This document shows, in pieces, positions 36,666-46,636 of a stretch of DNA of 64,000 bases. Source of the DNA: Candidatus Hydrogenedentota bacterium (lineage in GTDB: Bacteria > Hydrogenedentota > Hydrogenedentia > Hydrogenedentales > SLHB01). Made by a program: the position numbers and the translations under genes. The stretch is from assembly GCA_045863295.1 (NCBI GenBank), contig BTWA01000001.1, positions 32,001-96,000 on the forward strand. The letters run 5' to 3'. The number at the start of each line of letters is the position of its first letter. The stretch's first letter is position 1. The notes beneath the pieces are model-generated. The model saw nothing but the letters and a program-made list of their open reading frames with translations. It made no database searches and was not told the origin of the DNA.

Positions 36666-37903
36666 GGCCATCCCGCGCTTTTCCCGAACTTCCCCTGGCC
36701 GTGGAGCGTTCCGCTCTTGCGGTTCGCTATGGGCTGCTCGCGGTCATACTGCCATTCTTCCTTTTGGATTTTTTTCCCGGCAATCATTGGAGCATTGCGG
36801 TCATCTCTTTGATGGTGCTTGCGCATAATGCGTTTGTTCATTTTGCACTTTCGCGGCGCCGCCACGATCTTTTCTTTTCCACCTTTAATTTGATTCTCTA
36901 TGTGGCCGAAGTCACATTGGTTGTGCAATTCTCCGGCCGTGATTCCAGCGACGCTTACCTCCTCTATTTCTTTCTCATCATTGGCTTCAGCGTTTATGTC
37001 CGATCGTACAAATGGATCTTGGGGCTGGCCGTACTCTGTGCCGGGCTATACACGGCAATCCTTCTCATTGAAGCTTGGCGCATCGGACTCTCCGAGGATT
37101 CAGCGAACCTCGTTGTGCGTATTCTGATGCTGCTCGCGTTTGGATGGCTGACCGCGCAATTACGTTCGCGGATCCGCACGGTCGAAGACAATGTCGAAGA
37201 GCAGCAGGCCCGGCTAGTGGCATCGGAGACTACGCTACGCACCATCCTGAACAGCGCAGGCGATCCCATTCTTGTGTTTGATGATTTTGAATTCATTACT
37301 GAGGTGAACGATCGAACCTGCGAATTTCTTGGCGCCTCCCGCGATGAGATAATCGGCAAACGAGTCCGGCAATTCCTGTTCGACGACGGTACGCTGCCGC
37401 AAAAGCTGGCCGATTTGCGCAGTCGAGGTGAAGGAAAAAGTGAAGAGATCATCGTAAATGCGGAGGGCGAGGAACGCACCGTCGAATCCGTCGTACGGTC
37501 TTTCATGCTGGACGACCAACGCTATTTTGTGTCCCTGCTGCGCGACGTAACGCGCGACAAGCAGTTGCAGGAAGCCACCCGCCTTGCCAACATGAATCTG
37601 GAACGGCTCAATCGCGAGTTGCGACAGGTGGACGAGCTAAAAACGCACTTCTTGATCAGTATGTCTCAACACCTGCGATCGCCCTTGGCGGCCGTTCTAG
37701 GCTATGTGGACATGTTGATGGAGGAAGAATTGGGCACAATCACGCACGAACAACGCAAAGCGCTGCAAACCTGCCGCCGCGCGCTCCAACGGGTGTTCAA
37801 ACTGATGGACGAGGCCCTCAGCGCGGGTCAGCTGGAAGGCCGGCGGTCCACGCCGGCTACGGCGCCCGCACGCAAGTCCGGAACCGGCTCGCCTGGGGAA
37901 TGA
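36662..37903 (+). CDS. Membrane PAS-domain protein with a degenerate HisKA helix and no ATPase domain (pseudo-histidine kinase)
   Basis: About 6 TM helices, PAS (LRTILNSAGDPILVFD...VNDRTCEFLG...LLRDVTRDK), HisKA-like FLISMSQHLRSPLAAVLGY. Stops before any HATPase_c boxes. Confidence 0.8.
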   Translation: MRPSRAFPELPLAVERSALAVRYGLLAVILPFFLLDFFPGNHWSIAVISLMVLAHNAFVHFALSRRRHDLFFSTFNLILYVAEVTLVVQFSGRDSSDAYLLYFFLIIGFSVYVRSYKWILGLAVLCAGLYTAILLIEAWRIGLSEDSANLVVRILMLLAFGWLTAQLRSRIRTVEDNVEEQQARLVASETTLRTILNSAGDPILVFDDFEFITEVNDRTCEFLGASRDEIIGKRVRQFLFDDGTLPQKLADLRSRGEGKSEEIIVNAEGEERTVESVVRSFMLDDQRYFVSLLRDVTRDKQLQEATRLANMNLERLNRELRQVDELKTHFLISMSQHLRSPLAAVLGYVDMLMEEELGTITHEQRKALQTCRRALQRVFKLMDEALSAGQLEGRRSTPATAPARKSGTGSPGE

Positions 37904-38847
37904 CCGGACGCCATTCCTGACACCACTTCCCGATCACGCGCCGTCAGCCAGACAACGGTTTCTTCCAGCACCTGCATTGTCTGGTCCACATCGAGCCCAA
38001 TGTGGTCGGATTCGTAGAGTACGAACTCCTTCGGTTCACGCGCCGCATCGAACAATGCATGCGCTGCATCCAATGGGATCAGCCGATCATCCGTGCCATT
38101 CTGCACAAGGACAGGCCGGGGCGAAATCTCCGCCACATGCCGTATGGGGTCTGCCGGCGCAAGGTAACTTGCCGCGATCATCCGTACGATTCCATGCCAA
38201 GCGCCTAATTCCTCACGTGCAGAGACGCTGGACAGGAGCTTTCCAATATCTCCGCCGCCGTACGTGAGTACAGCCGCCTTGATGCGCGGTTCGAACGCGG
38301 CGGCTGTCGATCCGGTAATGGCTCCAAAACTCGCTCCGAGCATATAGATGCGGTTTGCGTCAATGTCGTCCCGCGTTTCCAGATAGTCGATCAGACGGCG
38401 CGTATCGATCACGTTCAGTGCCGCGCGCCGGCGAAGCCCCATGGCTTTTTGAAGCGTTGACGCATCCGACAATGCCCGTTCGCCCCGTGTATATTGATCG
38501 AAGCAAACCATGGCGAATCCGCCGCGCGTGAACGGTCCGGCAATATCGAGTAGCGCACCCTTTTTTTGACCAATCCCGTGCAGAAAAATGATGCAAGGAT
38601 AGGGCCCCTCACCGTCCTTAGGGACTGCCATCAGTGTTGGCACGTGCATGCCCGGCAGGCTGTCGTAGACGAAGTCGACAACGCGGTAGAGCGGTTCCAC
38701 CGTCTCCGACCGCACGCGCGCATTCAGCGGTAGCGAGGCGTCGTAGCCATCATAGTAAGCGGCATCTTGCTGCTTTTTGTAAATCATAATGGCAAAACAA
38801 ACCAAGATCAGGGCAATTGACAGGGCGGCGAGGATTTTCTTTTTCAT
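37828..38847 (-). CDS. Membrane-anchored alpha/beta hydrolase (esterase-like)
   Basis: N-terminal TM, PCIIFLHGIG, IDANRIYMLGASFG (GxSxG), VLVQNGTDDRLIP, ESDH. Confidence 0.85.
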   Translation of the reverse strand: MKKKILAALSIALILVCFAIMIYKKQQDAAYYDGYDASLPLNARVRSETVEPLYRVVDFVYDSLPGMHVPTLMAVPKDGEGPYPCIIFLHGIGQKKGALLDIAGPFTRGGFAMVCFDQYTRGERALSDASTLQKAMGLRRRAALNVIDTRRLIDYLETRDDIDANRIYMLGASFGAITGSTAAAFEPRIKAAVLTYGGGDIGKLLSSVSAREELGAWHGIVRMIAASYLAPADPIRHVAEISPRPVLVQNGTDDRLIPLDAAHALFDAAREPKEFVLYESDHIGLDVDQTMQVLEETVVWLTARDREVVSGMASGHSPGEPVPDLRAGAVAGVDRRPSS

Positions 38848-38980
38848 GATTCGACAACGGCTCCAAAGCCCTCCATTGTCCACACCCGGCGGGCCTCATA
38901 CAACTGTGCGGTTCTGCCACAAATCCCGGCAGTGGCGGTACAATTCACCGTGGGATCTGCGGGCCGCCGGGAGGAACACA

Positions 38981-40321
38981 GTGCGGAATCACCCCAGCCG
39001 ACTTTTTGCATGGATGGTATTGCCTGGCCTTTTGGCATTGTGCGGCTGCGATCCGTTCCAGATTGCGCCAAGGCGGGCTTTTGCCTATTTGGAGTCAGCT
39101 CAAAACCCCGCCGATATCAAGATGCAGACGATAGGTTTTACGTCCGACTACGCCGGGGGTTGGCCTCAGTTCCTCTATTTCGATTTTGCCCCCGCCCTGC
39201 GTTACCGCGACGTGAGTCCCTTTACCGTGGCGTTCATTCACCACTCGCTCTCTCTCATTAACGAAGACACAGTCGAGGCGCTTGGCATGACGCAACATGA
39301 TGCATTTCGGGCGCGTCAGATGCGCCTTCAAGCACTGGCCTACATGGAACGCTTTGCCTCCCGTCCCGATGACCCCGGGGTAGGCACTTACGGATTCTGG
39401 CCTTATTCTGCAGACCCCAACGCGCCGGTGTCGGAGTTGGAACGAACGGCATTTCAGTGGCTGCAAGGGCCTGTCTTTCGCGGTTCCCGAACTCCGCCCA
39501 ATGTGGGCTTCTATCCGCGAGCGATGGCAATAGCGCCGGATGCCGACACCACCGCATGTATTCTCGCCGCCCGGCTCAATGGGTCCCTGATGGACGGTGG
39601 CACGTTGCCGCCAGACTCCAGTTGTCTGCACGTGCTGACGGATTGGCGTGATACCGGTCAGGTGATGCGCCGCCTTAACCCTTCATGGTTGCAGGATCAA
39701 AGCGGCTTGTTTCTCACTTGGCTCGACTACCGGTTCCCGGGCGATCCATTCGCCGAAAACGACGTTGATCTACTGGTGAACGCCAATGTCCTGTTTGCAA
39801 TGGCTCGCTTTGGACGGCTTGACCTTCCGGGCGTGAGCGACGCCGTATCCACCATCAATTCCATAGTCGAGCAGGGGCTTCACCGGACGGCGTTTCACAC
39901 GGTCAGCGAGTATTATCCTGACAATGTGGCCTTCGAGTACTGCGTGTCCAGGGCATACCATGAGGGTCCGGTGCCCGACCTGCAGGCCGCTGTTGAACGA
40001 ATGGCCGATGAACTGGTTGCCGAAGCGACCCTTCATCCGGACGGCACTACTTCCTGGGATCGCGGGGCGCCTGCGCTGAACACGGCTTTTGCCGTATTGA
40101 CTCTCATGAATGCAGGTAGGGACACGCCCGTCGTTGAACAGGGTCTGGCGTATTTGGTTAGGCAGCAAAGTCTGCACCATGGAAGTTGGTCGGAAGGGCC
40201 GTTTTTCAAGGGACAAACGACACGAGGCATCACTGTCTACTGGGTCTCGGAGGCTTTCACCACCGCCATCGCCCTGGAAGCCTTTTGCCGGTTTCGTCTC
40301 CACGAGGCTGGAATCGGATAG
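38981..40321 (+). CDS. Lipoprotein with terpenoid-cyclase/prenyltransferase-like (alpha/alpha) repeats, paralog 1
   Basis: Lipobox LALCG-C, GTYGFW, PDADTTA, NDVDLLVNANVL, QW-like YLVRQQSLHHGSW, SEAFTTAIALEA. Confidence 0.7.
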   Translation: MRNHPSRLFAWMVLPGLLALCGCDPFQIAPRRAFAYLESAQNPADIKMQTIGFTSDYAGGWPQFLYFDFAPALRYRDVSPFTVAFIHHSLSLINEDTVEALGMTQHDAFRARQMRLQALAYMERFASRPDDPGVGTYGFWPYSADPNAPVSELERTAFQWLQGPVFRGSRTPPNVGFYPRAMAIAPDADTTACILAARLNGSLMDGGTLPPDSSCLHVLTDWRDTGQVMRRLNPSWLQDQSGLFLTWLDYRFPGDPFAENDVDLLVNANVLFAMARFGRLDLPGVSDAVSTINSIVEQGLHRTAFHTVSEYYPDNVAFEYCVSRAYHEGPVPDLQAAVERMADELVAEATLHPDGTTSWDRGAPALNTAFAVLTLMNAGRDTPVVEQGLAYLVRQQSLHHGSWSEGPFFKGQTTRGITVYWVSEAFTTAIALEAFCRFRLHEAGIG

Positions 40322-40360
40322 AATAGCCATTCATCGGGCAATGCTGTTTGAGGGGGCGAG

Positions 40361-41689
40361 GTGAACAAGATCCTGGGTTTGGCCGTTTTGGCACTCGTTA
40401 TTACTGGCTGCGATGCGTTCGATCGTGCGCCCGTTCGAGCATTTCAATACCTTGAAAACACGCAGGTGAAAACTGATATCAAACGAACCACTATTGGGTT
40501 GTATTCCGACTATGCCGGAGATTGGCCACAATATTTTTATTTCAATATTGCGCCCAATTTTCAGTTTCGCGACGTCAATCCTTTCACCGTTACGTTCATT
40601 CACCACGCACTCAGCCTAGTGAACAACAATACAGTCGCCGCGCTCGGCATGACGGACGAACACGCGTTTCAAGCACGCCAACTCCGGCGGCGAGCCATCG
40701 CGTTCATGGAACGGTTTGCGGCCCGGCCCGGCGATCCCGCCGCGGGCACCTATGGATTTTGGCCGTACGATCCGGAGCCGGACGGTCCCGTCACACCTGT
40801 TGAAATGCTCGCGGACGATCTCTTCACCAATCCCGTGCTCTTTTATGGGTACAGGATCCCCCCCAACACTGGATTCTTTCCCGAGAACATGGCCATCCCG
40901 AGCGACGCGGATACCACGGCCAACGTGCTGGCAGCGAAGCTACTTTCCTCACAAATCGACGGCGGTGTTGCCCCGCCTTCCATTGCCGACCTGCGGGTTT
41001 TTACCGATTGGCGGGACACCGGCGCGGTCACGCGGCGTTTGAATCCCTTTTGGCTGCCGCGTATGAGCGGTCTGTACTTAACCTGGCTCGACTACCGCGT
41101 GCCCGGGGATCCGTCCGCCGCCAACGACGTCGATCTTCTGGTCAATGCGAATGTCCTATACGTTATGGCACGACTGGGTCAGCCCAATGCCCCCGGTGTC
41201 GATGAGGCGGTGGGGATGATCAATTTTGTCGTGAACGACGGATTTCACCTTATCGCATTCCGTTCGCTGGTCAATTACTACCCACGCAACTACTGTTTCG
41301 AGTATTGCGTTTCCCGGGCATTTTACGAAGGGCCTTTACCCGCGTTGAAGCCCGCGGTCGATCGGATGGCGGATGACTTGGTGGCTGCGGCGCAGGTGAA
41401 TAGCGATGGAACCGCGTTCTGGGATCAGGGCAGTCCACATCTGAACACGGCTTTTGCCGTCTTGACGCTTCTGAATGCCGGCAAGGACACACCCCTCATC
41501 GAACAGGGTCTGATGTATCTTGCGCAAGAGCAAAAAGTCCTGGCCGGAAATTGGGACGAAGGTGAATTCTTTCTGGGTGAGCCCTACTACGGCGTCACGG
41601 GCTACTGGGTGTCGGAAGCATTCACCACGGCCATGGCACTCGAAGCTTTTTGCCGATTCCGGCTGCGCGAGGCAGGAATCATGCCGTAG
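40361..41689 (+). CDS. Lipoprotein with terpenoid-cyclase/prenyltransferase-like repeats, paralog 2
   Basis: Lipobox LVITG-C; colinear with the upstream paralog (GTYGFW, SDADTTA, NDVDLLVNANVL, YLAQEQKVLAGNW, SEAFTTAMALEA). Confidence 0.72.
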   Translation: MNKILGLAVLALVITGCDAFDRAPVRAFQYLENTQVKTDIKRTTIGLYSDYAGDWPQYFYFNIAPNFQFRDVNPFTVTFIHHALSLVNNNTVAALGMTDEHAFQARQLRRRAIAFMERFAARPGDPAAGTYGFWPYDPEPDGPVTPVEMLADDLFTNPVLFYGYRIPPNTGFFPENMAIPSDADTTANVLAAKLLSSQIDGGVAPPSIADLRVFTDWRDTGAVTRRLNPFWLPRMSGLYLTWLDYRVPGDPSAANDVDLLVNANVLYVMARLGQPNAPGVDEAVGMINFVVNDGFHLIAFRSLVNYYPRNYCFEYCVSRAFYEGPLPALKPAVDRMADDLVAAAQVNSDGTAFWDQGSPHLNTAFAVLTLLNAGKDTPLIEQGLMYLAQEQKVLAGNWDEGEFFLGEPYYGVTGYWVSEAFTTAMALEAFCRFRLREAGIMP

Positions 41690-42412
41690 TCAGGGTTTCG
41701 TGCCGTCCACCAGATAGGGAGCGAACAAATGTTCCATCTCCGCCAAATTGGCGTCGATCGACCATGGGAGGTGATACGCGAACATGTCGAGAATCACCAG
41801 CGCGTTCAGGTTGGCATCGCCGGCGGAAACCGTTCGGATCCGTTGGCTTAGTCCATGATTCACTTCATGGATTTGCCGATACAGTTCGCGCAATCCCGCG
41901 AGGTCCAACTCAGATGGGTCCCCGTGTTGGCGCCGGTAGTATTGCGCCAACAAGTAGGCCCCCGCCGCGCGAAACAGGGTCTCCTGCACCGACGCAAAAG
42001 GCAGATGAAACCTTGCCATGGGTTTGAAATTTGCAAGTATTGGACAGCCGCTCGTGGCCATTCGCAGGCCGATTAGAGAGCTTAATGCCCGCTGAAGGGT
42101 TGTCTTCGATGTGACCGTACGCTCCGCAGTGACGACCGTGGCGGTTACTTCCGTATACGAGAGCATTTCGCCAAATACATCCACGAGATCCACCAAGGAG
42201 ACGGCTGCCGGGCATTTTGGATGATCGGCCGTGTTTAGCGGGCACACCGAACATTGTTCCACACCCAAGGCGGTCCACTCCGGCAAGGGATTCCTGGGCG
42301 GCGGTGCGTCTTGTTCCAACGTTTGACCATCGAGGACGACGCGAACCGTAATCTCTCTGGATTCGGCTCCGTACGCGAAATGATAGGTAATATGGATTGC
42401 CCCTGCGTGCAT
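41690..42412 (-). CDS. Conserved Cys-containing hypothetical protein (DUF6901-like)
   Basis: WTALGVEQCSVCPL...HPKCPAA, SLIGLRMATSGCP, FKPMARFHLPFAS, DANLNALVILD. Start uncertain. Confidence 0.7.
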   Translation of the reverse strand: MHAGAIHITYHFAYGAESREITVRVVLDGQTLEQDAPPPRNPLPEWTALGVEQCSVCPLNTADHPKCPAAVSLVDLVDVFGEMLSYTEVTATVVTAERTVTSKTTLQRALSSLIGLRMATSGCPILANFKPMARFHLPFASVQETLFRAAGAYLLAQYYRRQHGDPSELDLAGLRELYRQIHEVNHGLSQRIRTVSAGDANLNALVILDMFAYHLPWSIDANLAEMEHLFAPYLVDGTKP

Positions 42413-42649
42413 TGACACGGTCACGGTTCGTCCGGAATACAGCCCACCCACACTTCCGTTCGACTCGTTTGCCTTCCTTTCCCCACGTTGCAGCCAGAAA
42501 CACGTTGTCCCGAGATACCCGCATTGTACGCTATTCTCCGAGATGACAATCAATTTCGGTGCAGATTCGGAGTAGTGTCAAGCCATGGCGTCATTTGTTG
42601 AGTATTGTTTTAATTGATTTTACAATCCCGAAATATCAAAATAGACCGA

Positions 42650-42736
42650 CCACAACATATAGGTACACAAAAATGAATATTATCAACAGTTAGGCTCAAA
42701 TTGTGTAAAATAATGCAGCAACCCAATATTTTGTTG
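42650..42736. promoter_or_regulatory. AT-rich regulatory region with two NrdR-like boxes and two DnaA-like boxes upstream of ftsK
   Basis: CCACAACATATAGGTA (42650-42665) and ACCCAATATTTTGTTG (42721-42736) resemble the NrdR consensus acaCwAtATaTwGtgt. TTATCAACA (42680-42688, one mismatch) and TGTGTAAAA (42702-42710, exact TTWTNCACA on the minus strand). Confidence 0.55.
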
Positions 42737-42822
42737 CATATTTACCCAACTCCTGTTACACTCAAATCAAAATTGGGGTCGTCTTGTGGGGTTCAAAACA
42801 CGAAAGGATCGAACTAGTGCCG

Positions 42823-45423
42823 ATGTTGTCCTCCGAACGGCGCAGTGAAATTCTTGGCGTATTTTTATTTTGTATCAGTATTCTTCTTTTTCTTGCGCTT
42901 GTGACCGATGGTTACCAAGGCAGCCCACGAAGGCCAATCGAAGATATCTCAGGAGTCCCGAATGCTCTGGGTAAGCCCGGAGCCGCCGTGGCCGGAATCC
43001 TGTACCTCATTGTCGGTGGCGGAAGCCATGTTCTTTACGTCGTCTTCGCCGTTTGGGGCAGCCTTCTACTTCGCCACAAACCCTTAGACCGGTTACCATG
43101 GCGCCTGTTTGGCGCGGCCCTCTTGACCGTAGCCGTGGGTGCCTTGCTTCACGTCGACATTACAATTTTAAAGACAGCCGAGCCTTACGGCGGGGTGTTG
43201 GGGGGCTTCTTTGGAACGCTCTCTTACAGCACGTTTGGGGTCGTTGGATCGAATGTGTTGTGGACCACTCTCGGCATAGTTGGAACCCTGCTCTCCACCG
43301 AATTTCTATTCGTTCGGCTCCTGGACAGACTTGGCGGTCTCGTCGTGTTGATGCTGCATGCCACTTACCTTGGCTTGATTCACCTGGGCAAGAGGCTCTC
43401 CTCTTCGCCGGATACCGTGGCGGAAGCGGCCCCGACGGCTGCGAAGGGACGAAAGGGAACGGCCCCTGCCGCAAAAGAGTATCCCTTCGAGGAACCGCCG
43501 ATTGTGGTCGCGCCGTTTACCGGATACAACGACTCCGCTGGTTTGGCGATGTCTCCCCATACCACGGCGATCTCTCATCCCGGTCACATCACACGCAAGA
43601 TGCCGGAACTGCCTCTTCCCGAGCCGGAAATGGTGCCGGCAACTTCTGGTTACGACGAGACCGTGCCAGAACCGCCCCGCGAACCCATTCGTATTCACCC
43701 GTCCCCTCGGGCCACGGACTCCCTTGTCGAGTCCGCAGCGCCTGCCTCAAAGGAATCCAAATCTTCGAAGAAGGCCCGAGCGGCGACGCCTGCTGAGCCT
43801 GTTTCCGAAGCTCCCGCGGAAACCCCGGACTTGGAAGAGCCGGTGGTTGCGGACGTCGTGCCCTACGAGGCGCGTACGTCAAGCAAGGCCAAGGCCGCTC
43901 CCATGCCTCGGCGCAAGTCGGTCATCATGGACGAGTTGCCCGACGACTACGAATATCCGAAACGGTACACGAAGCCGTCGCTGGAGATTTTTGAAGTCGC
44001 CGAACAGACTGAAGAAGAGGATTGGAGCGAGCAGCTTCTGGCGACCAGCGCGCTGTTGGAGCAGACGCTCCTCACCTTTGGGATTGAAGCGCGGGTTACC
44101 GACGTGACTCGTGGACCGACGATTACCCGGTTCGAGTTGGAGCCGGCGCCGGGCATCAAGGTTGCCCGTTTCCAGACCTTGGCTGATGACATAGCCCTTG
44201 CACTTAAAGCGCACCGGGTGCGGGTGGAAGCGCCCATTCCGGGCAAGGGCCGCGTCGGCATTGAAGTGCCCAACAAGCACCGCGAGGCCGTAACCATTCG
44301 CGAACTGCTCGAATCGAAGAAATTCTCAAAAGCCAAGGGCATTCTCAATCTGGCACTTGGCAAAGACATTGCCGGCGACCCGACCGTAGTGGATCTGACG
44401 ACCATGCCGCACCTTCTCGTGGCGGGCGCCACCGGCGCGGGCAAAACGGTATGTGTAAAGACCTTGCTTGCGAGTGTACTCTGCGCGAAGACACCGGAAG
44501 AACTGCAGCTTATGCTAATAGACCCGAAGATGGTGGAGTTGTCGATCTTCAACGACATTCCGCATCTCATTACACCGGTCGTCATTGATCCGAAGAAAGC
44601 GGCCCACGCGCTGAACTGGCTGATCGTGGAAATGGAAGAGCGCTACCGGCTGTTCGCGCATCTACGCGTGCGGAACATCGAAGTCTATAATGAAAGTGTA
44701 GACAACGGCGAAATCGAAATGGTCGGCGACGACGGCACCGGCGGGTCCGTGGAATCCATCCGCAAGCTGCCCTACATCGTGTGCATTATTGACGAATTGG
44801 CCGACCTGATGATGCTCGCCCGTGCCGAGGTGGAAGATGCGATTGCCCGGCTGGCTCAGCTCGCCCGCGCTGTGGGGATTCACCTGATTATTGCCACCCA
44901 GCGTCCCAGCGTAGACGTGCTCACAGGGGTCATTAAGGCCAACTTCCCGGCGCGCATGTCATTTCAGGTGTCCTCCCGTGTGGACTCGCGTTGCATTCTC
45001 GACGAAATTGGCGCGGAGCGGCTTATTGGCCGGGGCGATATGCTCTATTTGCCGGCGGGCCAGTCCAAGCCGACCCGCATTCAGGGGGCCTTTGTGAGCG
45101 ACGAGGAGATGAACCGGCTCATTGCCTATTTGAAGACACAGGCACCGCCTCAATACCGGGACGAAATCGAAAAGTTCGGGAAAAAGGACCAGCTGGACGA
45201 TTTGGCGGATCAGGACGACGATTTGTTTGACGAAGCGGTACGGGTTGTGCTTGAATCTGGGCAGGCATCCATATCTATGGTGCAACGGCGGCTCCGTGTG
45301 GGGTATACTCGAGCCGCGCGCCTGATAGACATGATGGAAATTAGGGGGATTGTGGGGCCGCATATGGGTAGCAAGGCTCGAGAAATCCTAGTTGATGCTC
45401 CGCCCAAGAACGAGGTCGCATGA
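42823..45423 (+). CDS. ftsK: DNA translocase FtsK
   Basis: N-terminal TMs, Pro-rich linker, GPTITRFELEPAPG, MPHLLVAGATGAGKT, IDPKMVEL, IIDELADLM, ATQRPSVDV, gamma domain ASISMVQRRLRVGYTRAARLID. Confidence 0.98.
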   Translation: MLSSERRSEILGVFLFCISILLFLALVTDGYQGSPRRPIEDISGVPNALGKPGAAVAGILYLIVGGGSHVLYVVFAVWGSLLLRHKPLDRLPWRLFGAALLTVAVGALLHVDITILKTAEPYGGVLGGFFGTLSYSTFGVVGSNVLWTTLGIVGTLLSTEFLFVRLLDRLGGLVVLMLHATYLGLIHLGKRLSSSPDTVAEAAPTAAKGRKGTAPAAKEYPFEEPPIVVAPFTGYNDSAGLAMSPHTTAISHPGHITRKMPELPLPEPEMVPATSGYDETVPEPPREPIRIHPSPRATDSLVESAAPASKESKSSKKARAATPAEPVSEAPAETPDLEEPVVADVVPYEARTSSKAKAAPMPRRKSVIMDELPDDYEYPKRYTKPSLEIFEVAEQTEEEDWSEQLLATSALLEQTLLTFGIEARVTDVTRGPTITRFELEPAPGIKVARFQTLADDIALALKAHRVRVEAPIPGKGRVGIEVPNKHREAVTIRELLESKKFSKAKGILNLALGKDIAGDPTVVDLTTMPHLLVAGATGAGKTVCVKTLLASVLCAKTPEELQLMLIDPKMVELSIFNDIPHLITPVVIDPKKAAHALNWLIVEMEERYRLFAHLRVRNIEVYNESVDNGEIEMVGDDGTGGSVESIRKLPYIVCIIDELADLMMLARAEVEDAIARLAQLARAVGIHLIIATQRPSVDVLTGVIKANFPARMSFQVSSRVDSRCILDEIGAERLIGRGDMLYLPAGQSKPTRIQGAFVSDEEMNRLIAYLKTQAPPQYRDEIEKFGKKDQLDDLADQDDDLFDEAVRVVLESGQASISMVQRRLRVGYTRAARLIDMMEIRGIVGPHMGSKAREILVDAPPKNEVA

Positions 45424-45890
45424 AGCAAACTACACGCTTTCCCGGCTTTGAATTAAAAGCCCGCCGCGATCAACTTGGCTTCAGCGTCGAGGAAATTTAC
45501 CGAAAGCTGCGTATTCCCGCGCAGACGATTCACCTATTAGAATCCGGCGATTTGCAGAAGTTGCCTGCCGCCTGCTACACCGTGGGTTTCCTTCGATCCT
45601 ACTGCGAATTTCTTGGCCTGCCGTCCAAGCAATACATCGATTTGTATCATGTTGCGCTGCTGCCACCCAGCCGCTTTCGCCGTCCGTTCGAGGGTGGGTC
45701 CGGCGGTACTGCCCAACTCCCTCTGCCATCGTGGGTTCGCGACGGATTAACGTGGGCGGCCGTCCTGGGCATGGTGGGTATCGGTTGGTTGACTTGGTCT
45801 GTCGTATTTCAACCCAACTTGGACCCTGCCGAAACAAGCGTCCAGGCAGGCGTATTGTCCGTTCCCACACCGCCTTCCGAATCCGAATAA
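45420..45890 (+). CDS. Short RodZ-like HTH membrane protein
   Basis: GFELKARRDQLGFSVEEI...LESGDLQKLPAACYTVGFLRSYCEFLGL plus one TM; sits in the usual ftsK-rodZ-pgsA order. No long periplasmic domain. Confidence 0.8.
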   Translation: MKQTTRFPGFELKARRDQLGFSVEEIYRKLRIPAQTIHLLESGDLQKLPAACYTVGFLRSYCEFLGLPSKQYIDLYHVALLPPSRFRRPFEGGSGGTAQLPLPSWVRDGLTWAAVLGMVGIGWLTWSVVFQPNLDPAETSVQAGVLSVPTPPSESE

Positions 45891-46006
45891 TCACGCCGTT
45901 CTCCTTGCCGGATTCTAACGTGGGCTTTCCCCCGCATGATTTGCTACTATTCGGCGTAATTTCCGCACCGACTGATTGAAAATGTCACTCATGGAGTGCG
46001 CCTCGC

Positions 46007-46636
46007 GTGAGCAGTAACGCCGACACACGCAGCATCGGGTTCAACCTACCCAACCAACTGACGTTGGCCCGGGTGGTTATGGTGCCCATATTCGTAGCTG
46101 TCATGTCCTTTCACAACTATGTCTGTTTTGCGGTGGGATATGTACTCTTTGTGGTCGCCGTCATTACGGACTATTACGATGGCAAGATTGCCCGAGACCG
46201 CAACCAAGTCACGAATTTTGGCAAATTGATCGATCCCCTTGCGGACAAGATTTTGATGTCGGCGGCTTTTCTGATGGCGATGGATATTTCTCCGTTGCGC
46301 ATTCCGGCTTGGACCGTAGTGGCAATTCTGGCGCGTGAATTCCTTGTTACCGGAATTCGTACCCTAGCAGTCACCGAAGGAGTTGTGATCCCCGCCGAGG
46401 GCCACGGCAAAATCAAGACCGCCGCCCAGATGACCTATATCCTGCTTTTCATCCCGCTAGCCGTGGTTTCTCACGTGCTGCAGGGGCAAGGGTTGGACGT
46501 CGCCGCCAGGTACGATTCTGTCGTGGCTGTTACTTCCCTGTGGTGCGCTGTCGGTGTGGCCCTCTATACGGTGTATTCGGGCATCCATTACTTGGTGAAC
46601 AACTGGCGCGTGCTGCACTTGGGCGCACAATCATGA
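46007..46636 (+). CDS. pgsA: CDP-diacylglycerol--glycerol-3-phosphate 3-phosphatidyltransferase
   Basis: NLPNQLTLARV, ITDYYDGKIAR...VTNFGKLIDPLADK, AREFLVTGIR, GKIKTAAQM. Confidence 0.95.
   Translation: MSSNADTRSIGFNLPNQLTLARVVMVPIFVAVMSFHNYVCFAVGYVLFVVAVITDYYDGKIARDRNQVTNFGKLIDPLADKILMSAAFLMAMDISPLRIPAWTVVAILAREFLVTGIRTLAVTEGVVIPAEGHGKIKTAAQMTYILLFIPLAVVSHVLQGQGLDVAARYDSVVAVTSLWCAVGVALYTVYSGIHYLVNNWRVLHLGAQS

Noticed and set aside
42560..42790. Chromosomal origin oriC
   Set aside because: Only two DnaA-like boxes and no dnaA, dnaN or gidA context; kept as a promoter region instead.
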